This document shows positions 27,901 to 39,900 of a stretch of DNA of 64,000 nt, piece after piece. The stretch is from Mytilus edulis (lineage: Eukaryota), in NCBI RefSeq assembly GCF_963676685.1, contig NC_092346.1:38688001-38752000 (forward strand), given 5' to 3'. Each line of letters begins with the position of its first letter. Position 1 is the first letter of the stretch. Both the position numbers and the translations under genes were made by a program. The notes beneath the pieces are model-generated. The model had not been told where the DNA came from. It saw nothing but the letters and a program-made list of their open reading frames with translations, and did not search any database.

Positions 27901-30900
27901 GTTTACAATTTTCCACCTGCATAAAAGTTTCTTTGTAGGTAGAATATGTTGTAGTAATTTCCATCTAAAAATTCTAAGTTTATTTTCTTTTAAATATTTG
28001 AATAAAAATTTATATAGATAGTTTTGATATAACACATCATCTATATCAAATATACGCAGCCATTTTTTGGGTCCAATAGCTGGTTCAATTTTTTTATTTA
28101 TCAGAGACTTATATACAAGTTTATTTGTTAATGCTTCTAATTTTATAGGTAAACCATCCAATATAAATTGGTTTCTTTTTATATTAACAATACTTTTTAT
28201 AGAATTTTCCGATTTTAAAATTGCTGCCCAGTCTTTTGGTATAGATTTCTTAACTAAATTAATTTCAGCCATCCAGTTTGATTTATTTTTTAGTTTATTT
28301 AAAATTATGTCTTGAGAAATACAACCTTTTTCATCTATGATATCATTTACATAAATAAGATCGCTTTTAATCCAATATTTTAAAAATATAGCTTTATTTT
28401 CAAATTTAATAAATTTATTGTTCCATAATATTTGTTTTCTTATATCTGTAAATGTTTCTGGTTTTTTTGTTAGACCTCCACCAGTTAATTTCCAACATTT
28501 AATAATATCTTTATAAAATTCTGGGATTTTTTCAATGCTTTCGTCTGTCTTATCCCCACTGTTTGTTTGAAACACTAACCAGTTTGACCCAAAATTATAA
28601 AAATAGTGTTGAGGTATAATTGTCCAACTTCCTTCACAATCATTTACTAATCTTTTTACCCACATAGCTTTTAGAGCGGTGAAATAACTTCTGATATCTA
28701 TCATATTCAAACCCCCCTTTTCATATGGACTAATAATTGAATTTCTTTTTACTTTATCTGGTTTATTATCCCAAATAAATTTAAAAAAACTTTTTTCTAT
28801 TTCTTTTAAAAATTTCTCTGAAACTCTGCAAGCAGATCCCACAAAAGTAAAAATGGGCACAATTAATGTTTTAATTATCAAAATTTTTCCAAAAATAGTA
28901 AGATTTCTTTTTTGCCAAGAATAAAATAATTTATTCATCTTTTCAATCTTATTTTCCCAATTTAGTTTATCACATTCCTCCGTACAATGCCCAAAGTAAA
29001 TGCCAAGAGTCTTAACTGGTCCATTGCTCCAGTTGATTCCCTCAATTTTGTCTTTACAAGATTTAAGTTTTCCTACCCATAACCCCTCTGTTTTGTTTCT
29101 ATTTAATTTCAGCCCTGAATAAGAACCAAAAATTTCAATTTCATTCATAGCTACTTGAACATCATATTTAGAACAACAAAATAAAGTAGTATCATCTGCC
29201 AGTTGCGAAATTTTTATAGTATGATTTTTGCAATCTAATTTGACTCTGATACCTTTAAAATCAGTATTGCTTCTTAATCTGGAAGCCATAATTTCCACAG
29301 ATAAAACAAATAATAATGCAGATAAAGGACACCCTTGACGTATACCTCTTGTGTTTTTAAAGACCTCAGATATCCAACCATTATTCATTACACATGTTTG
29401 AATATCACTATATAAAGTCTTAACCCATCTTATAAAAGATTCATTAAATCCAAAATGTTTTAAAACTGAAAACATAAAATTCCATTCTAGAGAGTCAAAT
29501 GCTTTAGAAAAATCAACAAAGACTATAGCCCCCTCAATTTTGTATAAATCAGTAAAATCTATAATATCTTGTATCTGTCTAAGATTAAAACCAATAAATC
29601 TATTTTTAACATATCCAGTCTGATCTTCTTTAATCAGTTTTGGTAAGATTTTTTTCAATCGTTGTGCTAGAGCGTACGATAGAAGTTTCATGTCAATATT
29701 TAAAAGAGAAATAGGACGGTAATTATCTAGTGACAATGGATCACCTTTTTTAAATAATAGCGTTAATACACTGGTACGCTGTGAATATGTAAGTGTTTGA
29801 TCTTTGTATCCAATATTTAGAATGTTTACTACTATGAACTTTAAGTTATCCCAAAATTTTCTATAAAATTCCACGGTTAAACCGTCTAATCCAGGGGATT
29901 TATTAAGTTTCATTTTATAAATAGCATCTGAGCATTCTTCTACTGTAATATCCCCATCGCAAATTGATTTATCATTTTTATCCATTTCTTTATCGAGTTT
30001 TGTCTCAAATATATATTTGTCGCTTGATGTTTTATCAGGGTTTTGCGTCGAATATAACTTTTTATAGTATTCTCTAATATTACTAAGTATATCACTTTGA
30101 TCCGTTAAAATCTCACCATTTTCCCCTTTTAATTTATTGATTGACTTTTTTACCTGTCTCTGTTTTTCTAAACCTAAAAAGTACGAGTTATTTTTTTCCC
30201 CAAATTCAACCCATTTCTCTCGTGATCTTATTTGAGCACCTTTAGCCTTTTGTTCATAAATTTTGGCAATATTATTTTCAAGTTCTTCAATATCTTTATC
30301 TAAAACGTTATTCTCAGATTCTTGTTCATCTCTTATTTTCAATTTTCTTTCTAATTTTTTTTCAAGAGTTCGTAAGTTTTCTCTTTTAAATTTTGCTTTA
30401 GATTTACAATAAGCTATAGTTGCCTCCCTTATCTTTATTTTAAATATATCCCATGCTAAACCAAGGTTTTTTAAATTACGATTACCCATAAAGCAGCTTT
30501 CCATTTCTTGATTAACTAATTGTATGTAGTCATTATCTTCTAATATAGAATTATTTATTTTCCAGTACCCCCTACCCTTTTCTGATGCACCTGTTCTAAA
30601 CTTCATAAAAACACTTTGATGATCCGTAGAATCAATAACTGCAGGTTTAATTTTACAACATTCTACTAGTGGTATGAAATCTGAACCTATCAGAATCATA
30701 TCAATCCTACTTGCCTGTGATTTATCTTTTCTTCGCCAAGTATATTGTTGTTTATTTTTATTTGAATATCTCCAAAGGTCTGTTAAATTATTTGTTTTTA
30801 TTAAAGATTTTAAACTATTTACTGATTGGATATTTTTTACCTCTGAACGAGCATTTTTCCTGTCTATCGCTTTCATCGTATCATTGAAATCTCCCCCCAT

Positions 30901-33900
30901 TATCGTAATTCCTATCCCTTGTTCTTTTAATGTATTATTTACTTTTTTGAAAAATATATTTCTATTACTTTTACAATTAGGTGCATATATACACATTAGT
31001 GTAAAAACGCTTTCATCAATTTCTACATTTAAAAGAATTAATCGTCCATCTACATCGTTATGTTTATTTATCAACTTATAATTCAGTGACTTTTTAATGA
31101 GAATAGCCACACCCCTACTAGAGGTTGTTCCGTGACTGCAAAATATATCAAAATTTGAATTATTTCTTATTTCTGTTTCTATGTTTTCATTAAAATGAGT
31201 TTCTTGTAGAAAACAGATAGAAGTATTTTGACATTTAATCCATTCAATTACTCTGTCTCTTTTAACTTTATTTTTAGTACCATTTACATTTAAACTACTT
31301 AAGTTTATTAGAAATTTAGATGCCATTTCAAAGTATAGTTTCATATAATTGTATTATTTCCTCACAAAACTGTCCATGCCTGCAAACAATACAATTAAAA
31401 CACATGTTTATAACAATCATATAGAAATCAACAATGTATATCACTCTATTTCTATAAACATAAAAAGTACAATTCATCAAGCTACCTAAAATTACAGGTA
31501 GCAAATAAAACACGCTACCTGTGAATACGGCATTTAATTTACCGGTCTGCTTTGACCTTGTTTTGTAAAAATCAATAGACAATAAAATTGACACTGAAAT
31601 AATCAACATCCACGTGTGATTTGTTACAGCCTTACAATGACTATTTGAATGGATATATCTGGTTGATATGCGTGTCTTATTCACATTATGTGTGTGCATA
31701 CTTTTATTTGAAAAAGTGAAATGGAGAATGTAAACAAATTTAGGATAATAACGTATGTCAACTACATCGTTTGCTTTTAAAATTGTGTTGGCTATGCTTA
31801 CTAAAAAAGTAAACTGTTCGCAAGATATTTTACTTGTATCTATTAGGAAGTTTAAAAGAATATTCAATAGTGCATATCGTGGATTTATTACATGTACCGC
31901 AACATTCAAATATACTTCAAAAATATATTTTATTGAACTACAAATACAGTATAATCTGTATGGATGAATACGCTGACATTGAGGTAAGTATTTATACATT
32001 CTAAACAGTGAAAAATTGAATATTAATATTGTATTCAGTGTTCTACTTAATGTCAACAATCGTTCATTTACTATTAATAGCACACAGCATGTGTATACTT
32101 GCGCTAAAAATAGCGCAGATAAAAACCCACTTACTAGTAGTATGATAATTATATAAATAAATATTCGCTGTTCGATTTTTTTCAGCGATTGACCAATAGT
32201 AAACACAATAGTTGTAAATAATATTAAAGCAATAATGCACATCGTGCATACATGCATTTCATGAGATACTTCATTGAAATCAAAAATAGTTGGTAATATA
32301 TTTCTTTTTGACATATACATCTCACACTTTATATATCTTTTGTTATAGTTTAGCAAAGCCTTAAATAGAATACAGGTTTTGAGTTTGCATTTATAAAAAC
32401 ATGCACATGAGTTGCATTTATGACCAATAGTCAACTTCACAATCAACAACATCAACACATTGAAGTTAACTCTTATAAAGAGCTGAAAACTTTTTTTAGT
32501 ATTCATTTTGATTTTTTTTTTGGTTTATATTATACATGTATATAGATAAAAGATCATTGTACTATAATATTTACATTAAAATATTTTACATTGTCTATAT
32601 GACTACAATTATTAAGCTTTGGCCTTCTTGGGGCCATTATTACCAGTAGTTCTGTCATGTAAGTTCTCTGGGGGTGTAGGTGGGGTATGATGTTGAGACA
32701 GATTCCTGCGTTGACTTTGCGGTGTGTTCATAAATTTGTCTATATATGATTGTGCTTTGTCAGAATTGCTTGAACTTGTCTCATTCATACTAGCCTTTAC
32801 CTTTCCTGGTTTTGCTGAATTTGTCTTATTTGCATTGTTTGAACTAGTGTCTGTTGTTTTTGTATTTCTACCTTTTGGTTTGTTTGCCACATTTGTTTTT
32901 GGGTTTAGTTTCTCAGTCTGTTCAGTTGACTGAGAATCATCTACTGTAACAGATTCATCTGTGGTCACTATTTGTTCTTCTTTGTTGCTTACTACTTGGA
33001 ATGCATTAGGACAATCCATCATTTTGTGGCCTGGTAATTTGCATTTTCTACACACCCAATCATTTGGGCAGTCATACACAAAATGACCCACTTGCAAGCA
33101 TTTATAGCATGGTTTTGTATTGCCATCACTGTAAGAGCCTCTGTTTTCAAATTCAGGTTGCCCACTATGCATTACTATGGCCATGTATTTGCCTATTTGT
33201 AAACTTCTAGCTATAGGTTTGTCTAACAACTTACTAATAATAATTCTGTCTCCAGTTTGACAGTTGGTGATTTTGCCTTTTACCCTTAACCGTTTTCTAT
33301 TAAGACTCTGTATGTCACAACCTTGTAATGTAAGGGCTCTATGTATTTGACCATCATCAGCTGAAATCGGCACATTTTTCACTATAATTCTGATGGTATC
33401 TGGTTGTAAATTGCCTGGATTTCGGGGATTTTGAGAGTGCAGGGGAACTTGTCTGCCACGCAAGTTCATTCCTGTCACTAACAGAGACAGTTTGTCCTCC
33501 TCGTTATCCATGTAAATGCTCCACATATCACGGATTCTCTGAATACCTTTTATCCGTTCAGCTGGAATTTTTGTATCAATGGCGTTGTATATTTCTATGT
33601 TCGTAAGCCATAGGGGTCTCGGTGGTTTAACAGAACCAAATACATCGGTATCTGTCAGAAATATGGGTTTTATATAGTCACTTGGATCATGTGATTCATC
33701 TGTAGTATAATCAGCCACAACTGTTTTGTTTTGGTTTGTGTTGGTGTTTGTATTTGACAGTACATCAGAATAGGACGCCATATTTGTTTTGTTTTGATTT
33801 GAAATGTCTACCTCGGGGTCTAACAACTCTTCTTGCATACCTTGCATGTCTTCCATAAGACGTTTAAAACGATCTTTTGACATCTTTTTAACTAATGCCT

Positions 33901-36900
33901 CAATTTCTGGTTCCATCATGTAGTTTAACTTTAAGAAAATTATATTTTTTCTGGAGCGGTATCTCACTAAGCCTTAGCCATAAAGGGACATCACATTTTT
34001 GGATTCTTATAAATTCTATATATAACTTTTGGACTAGGTTAAATCTCGGTCTATTTCTTAAATTTATTCTTACATACTTTTGATTTTTTAACCCTGTATG
34101 CTAACATTCCCATGAAAATTTTAAAATTGTTTGTACGCACATTGAACGACAAATTAATGTGACGTATAAAATTTTCTGACGTCAGACACTCAACAAATGT
34201 GTTCGTAGATAGTAGATGTTTTTGTGTTCTGTTAAATTGTTCCTTTTAATATTGTTAAACGATGATGACTGATGTACCCATATTTTGACTATTATATTTA
34301 TTGTGTCTGTTTATTTAACGCATCAATGTAAAAATATCGGAAATTGATGAGACTGTCATTAAAGTGAGAGGGTTAGCGCTATAGAACCAGGTTTAGTCAG
34401 GAATATGACAGTTTTTGTCCATTCGTTTTTGATGCGTTTTGTTATTTGATTTTGCCATGTGATTATGGAATTTCCCAATTGATCTTCCTCTAAGTTCAGT
34501 ATTTTTGTGATTTTACTTTTTAAGACACATGGGGCATTTATTACTCATTCCCCTGTGCATTCCAGTGAGGCAAAAACTAGGACACAGACGCAACTCATTG
34601 CCTCTAGAGCTTTTCTATACCATTTAATGATTACTTCATAAGTTATCTTCATATTGCCAAATGAATAGATTCTGGGTACAAAGTATATGCTGCAGTTTAC
34701 ATCTAAGTACCAGTTTTCCTTATACCAAGTGTGCTATGTACACTAATATTGTTATACTTTATAAATATCAATATAATATGATATAATGATAAGAACATTT
34801 TTATTGAAAATAGAACTCAAAAGGGCATTATTAGTTGTTATTGGGTAAATAATATGAAATTAGTTTGAGCTTTTCATGTCTTTCAGGCAACAGTATGCTC
34901 AGTGCTTTGATTATTTTTGTCTTCGTTTAATTTGTTTTAAATAACCCAGTTATTAACTTCTCGGTAATAGGGTTTTAAAAGGTCGTGATGAACAACCTGT
35001 GACCTTGAAGATGGATTCTTCTGAATTTTGTAGGTCACATCAGACAGAATTACTATAAAGTATGGGCCATCCCATTTTCTTTGAAGTTTAGGACTAATGT
35101 TTTTGACCCGAGTAGGGGTATACAACCACACTACATTCCACTTCTGGTATGAATGTTGATAGCTCTTAATATCATATTGTTTTTTCTGATTTTCACTGGC
35201 ATTTACCATATTTTGTGTTGCTTTCTCATGTACTTTCCACATGTTTTGCGTTATCTGAATCATATGTTCATTTACTACTTGGGTTTTATCGATAAAATCT
35301 TCGTGTTGGGGATGGGGGCCATAAATTAAGTCAATGGGGAGTTCAATCTCTCGACCAAGCATCAGTTTACAGGGTGAAAATTTTGTTGACTCGTGTACTG
35401 ATGACCGGTAGGCCATGAAAGCCCATGGCAACTGTTCATCCCAGTCCTTTGATTGGAACAGACATATTTACTAAGTATTTCTTCCAAACTGCGATTGAGT
35501 CGCTCCACCAGCCCATCACTTTGAGGGCGGTAAGGAGTGGTTCTCGTTTTGTCGATACAGAGTCGGGTACATAATTCTTTAAATAATGCCGACTCAAATT
35601 GTCGTCCCTGGTCTGTGTGGATTTGTCTGGGAACACCAAATCTACACACAAAGTTATTTGCAAAGTTATCTATAATAGTTTTGGTCTCCATATCAGGCAT
35701 GGGATACCCTTCAGCCCATCTGGCGAAGTAGTCTGATACTATCAAGGCATATTTATTGCCCTTCTTCGATAATGGAAATGGCCCTATTATATCTAGAGCC
35801 ACGCGTTCCATTGGTGCTCAAACATGATATTGCTTCATTTTACTCTTGGTCCTTCTCGGAGGCTGTTTTCTAGAACTTCACATGGTACAATGCTGTATCC
35901 ACTTTAAAATGTCTGTTTTGAAATCCACCCAATAAAATCTTCTCCGGACACGAGCAACCGTTTTATGTATGCCTAAATGTCCTGACGTTGGATTATTGTG
36001 TAATAATTGTAAGATATCTTTTGTCCAACAACTGGGAACCAGTAACTGGTTTACTGTCACATTAGTAATTGTGTCAAGCCATTGCCTGTTTAAAACACCA
36101 TTCTCAAAAAACAATACGGTCCTATTGAGACCAATACCGTTTGAATATTGGGTTTTGTATTGCTATGTCCCCCCCATTTCGTTTTATCTTTCGACTCGGT
36201 TTTCATCTGATATAATTAACCTAGGATTTCGTCAGATTTTTGTGCCGGTATTATTTCTTCAGTTGTCTTTTGTTGAATCCTTTGCGTCTCATCTTCAGTA
36301 TTTTGGTCTTCTATATCGTCATTTGTCTTTGCCATTCTAATGCACCCTTCCAATTCAGTATTAGTAAATTCTTTTTGGTGTTGTTTATTGCAGTGGCTAC
36401 ACGGGTAGCATGGTCTGCGCGATAGCCCATCAGCATTCCCATGAAGTCGCACAGGTCTATGTTGAACCTCAAAGTTTTTAAAACGTCTAACCATCGGGCC
36501 ATTTGACCTTCTGGATTTTTGAACCATAATAACCAATTTAAAGCACCATGGTCTGTGCGAACTAAAAATGGACTGCCATATAAATAATGGTGAAAATTTC
36601 TTACCGCAGAAACAATTGCAAGGAGTTCTCTCCTTGTCACACAGTATTGTCTCTCAGGCTTACTCAGCGATCGACTATAATAAGCTATTACACTTTCTTT
36701 TCCATTAACTGTTTGGGACAATACAGCACCAAGACCATACCCACTAGCGTCCGTGTCTAAAATGAAAGGTTTTTTCATGTCGGGATAACCCAGAAGTGGT
36801 GAAGTTGTAAGCGCGTTTTTTAGTTCCTGAAAAGCATTTTCACAAGTTTCAGTCCAATCATACTGAACGTTTTTCTCTGTCAGTTTGTGCAATGGCTTTG

Positions 36901-39900
36901 CTATAGTGGCGAAGTCTTTAATGAACCGTCTGTAATAAGAACATGTACCCAAGAAACTTCTTACTTCTTGAATGTTTTTGGGAGATGGCCAAGATTTAAC
37001 TGTTTTGATCTTTTCAGTGTCTGTTGAAATGCCTTCTTCCGAAACTATATGACCCAGAAAAGAAACCCTTTTTTGAAATAAGTGGCATTTTTTGGGAGCC
37101 ACTTTTAAACCATTAGTGGCTATTCTGCCTAAAACTTCATCAAGTCTCTTTAAATGCGATTCGAAGGAATCAGCAAATATAATTATGTCATCTATGTAAA
37201 TCAAACAAGTCTCCCAGTTTAACCCTGCTAGTACGTACTCCAATAGTCTCTGGAATGTGGCTTCACCATTACATAGACCCATGGCCATGACATTGAAATG
37301 GAAAAGACCTTTAGAAGTTGAGAAAGCAGTTTTCTCTTTGTCCTGGGGGTCCATTTCGACTTTGAAATATCCACTCGATAAGTCCAGCACAGAAAACCAT
37401 TTAGAGCCCCTCAATGCATCTAGGGAATCGTCTATTCTTGGAAGTGGGTATGAATCCTTGATTGTCTTACTATTTAAGATTCTAAAATCTGTGCATATTC
37501 TCGTAGAAGAGTCTTTCTTTTTCACAAGAACGAGACTTGTTGACCAAGGACTTTTAGATGGTTCTATAATGCCACAATCAAGGAGTCGTTGTACCTCCTT
37601 GTCGGCTTCCTCTCTTTTATGAAAAGGTAATCTTCGGGGTTGTAATTTAACTGGAGTAGCCGTTCCTGTGTTTATCTTATGTCTAATGGCTGTTGCTCTA
37701 CCCAAGTCATCTTTTGTTTTTGAAAATGTACCTTTATGTCGTACAAGTACTTGTTTCAACTCATCAACCTGAGACTCTGAAAGATTTGAACTACTTCTCT
37801 CAAACATATCTTGTAAATTCAAAGGAATATCTTATGAGTTTTCTTTAGTTATCATCTGTGATACTTTACAAGTATCTTCATATCTTTGAGTCATGTCAAC
37901 TGACTCACAAATAGCAGTACAAGTTGACTTAAATACCGTTTGTACTTCATCTGTCAAGTTTGCTATCCTCAAAGGGACATGACCTTGACTTGGGTCAACT
38001 AAAGCCTTAGCAATCAGGAGATTACTAGTATGATTAGACATTACTGGTTCGACAATTGCGTCCATGATGTGTGATGAGTCACCTTGAACATTTGCATTGA
38101 CAATCATTTCAGTATGGGCAGGAATGGTCATTTTTTCATTTATGGAAACCTTAAAAACTGAAGGCATTTGACTCAACTTCATGCAATTTATTTTGATTCC
38201 ATTTATGGTTAATATTCCAAAGCCTAAATCAAGGTTACATTTATTTTTATGTAAAAAGTCATACCCCAGTACAGCTGGTGCATCAATTTCTGCTACAGTA
38301 AATTTTTGTGTTATCGAACTTCCCCCAATCTTCACAGGTAAGTCAATTGTTCCTAAGGTTTGGATACTGTCACCATTTGCCATGCAAAGTTTTCTTTTGT
38401 TTATCTTTAATAATGATTTTACTTCAGGAGGAAAAGCATCAAAATTTCTAGGATGTATAATACAGAGTGTTGCTCCTGTATCAACCAAACAGTTTATGTT
38501 AATATTTGAAATAAAACATTTTATAAAAAGACTTGTTTATTTTCATTAAATTGGTAAATATTAGACCTAACATCAAAAATGTAGTGCTGGTGACTGGTCC
38601 GCTTCACCAGCATTTTCTAGTTTCCCTGTCTATCAGTCTGGGTACCCTGTGTATATTGTGAACCATAATTAAACCTTTGCTGTGTGTTGGGTGATGAGCA
38701 GTACTGTACAGTATTATTTTGTCTATCATTTTGGTATTAACGACAAGTTTTTTTCATATGACCTTTAATGCCCCAATAGAAGCAGGTAACACCAGAGTAG
38801 TCATTAGACTTTTGAAATTTAGCCATGTCATCTAATTGATGACTCATTTTTGCAATCTGTCCTAAAATGTTATCTTCATCATCTATTTGTTTAAATGGGG
38901 TTTCATGTTGCATTCGAATAGCTGGTTTTGTGTTAGTAAGCCTTTTGAACTATTTGTGACCCTTTTTGTATCTTTAGTCGGTTAGAAGTCTTCGTTTCGA
39001 TTCTAGAGCCTGATAAGCTATCAAATTGTCAGGTTATGATAATTTTGTACCTGTTTTGTTGGTATGTTGATATTCAACTACACTGGTGACTATGTGTGTG
39101 CTTCACAGAGAAAAATGTACCCAAGAAAGGTTAATAATCAGTTTTATGTCCCGACAAGATTGTTGCGGTAAACATAGTTTTTCTGTCTGTTCGTCCATCC
39201 GTTCGTTCTTCAGTTACACGTTGGTTTACCTTTGCGTTTAAGATGATTTCCTAAAAAGTTTCAAGTCGATTCTTCATGAAATTGTGTACCGTACTCTTTA
39301 TTTATCATGCAATGGACTATAAACTGTGTAAAAATGGGGGGAGTTCCGTCGAAAATGGAAATAAGTGCCGATCGGGACATCCCCGTCTCAAAGACATTTC
39401 ATTGTTACCACCAGTCTACGTAAATAGATCTTGTTCAAAGTATCTGAGTAGACTTTTAGTTAAATCCAGCTCTACATCCCCGGTGGTTTTATAAGAGTTC
39501 TAGGAACTTGATCGATATGAATATGTGTTGGATAAGTGAAATACTGAAAGTTTGGTTGAAACTACTGTTCTGAAAAATCGAAAAGTTCAAGTCCTCTTAT
39601 GGTCTCAAAATGGTAAAGAAACGATATGGGTTAATGACACGAAGTCATCACATATTGATCATTAAATGTCACACAAAAATAAATCTAGAGCTGACGACAC
39701 AAACTTCGATAGAGCAGGAACTTCCCACTTACAGAAAGCCATCTCTTGATTGCCTCAAACAAAACAAGAACTATCGAACCGAAGGGCACTGAAAAATGTC
39801 CAAATATCTAATTCAAACCTAAAAGGTTTAATCAGGAACTTATATGTGTCTGATTTAATAACACACGAATCGACACAATACCGACTTAAATGGATCCTTT

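Larger units (their letters stand above)
27351..33994 (-). mobile_element. Full-length L1/Tx1-clade non-LTR retrotransposon with three ORFs (6.64 kb)
   Basis: Poly(A) tail (T-run 27351-27366); TSD ATTTTTGGATTC(TT) at 27339-27350 and 33995-34006; uninterrupted ORFs. Confidence 0.95.
26388..34520 (+). mobile_element. 5'-truncated Penelope-like retroelement (RT 3' half 26388-~26975 plus long 3' region), interrupted by the L1/Tx1
   Basis: NCAPLLADLFLFSYE, FRYIDDVLSINN, FLDL, *DKRDDFNF, SNIPTSPAYGIYISQLIRY; 3' sequence resumes after the L1 TSD and matches 50520-50760 and 51200-51510. Confidence 0.85.
23426..38950 (-). mobile_element. Gypsy/Ty3 LTR retrotransposon, decayed, 5' LTR and most of gag missing
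   Basis: Domain order gag knuckle-PR-RT-RH-IN; PPT plus one TG..CA LTR; 5' boundary approximate. Confidence 0.9.

Noticed and set aside
33970-33990. Resemblance of the LINE 5' end (CCTTTATGGCTAAG) to U2 snRNA, the target of Keno-type Tx1
   Set aside because: Too short, lies inside the TSD-defined element, and the flanks are not U2.
38960-38975. GTAT as the right-hand TSD of the Gypsy element
   Set aside because: No 5' LTR or PBS is visible and a 4-mer match is expected by chance.
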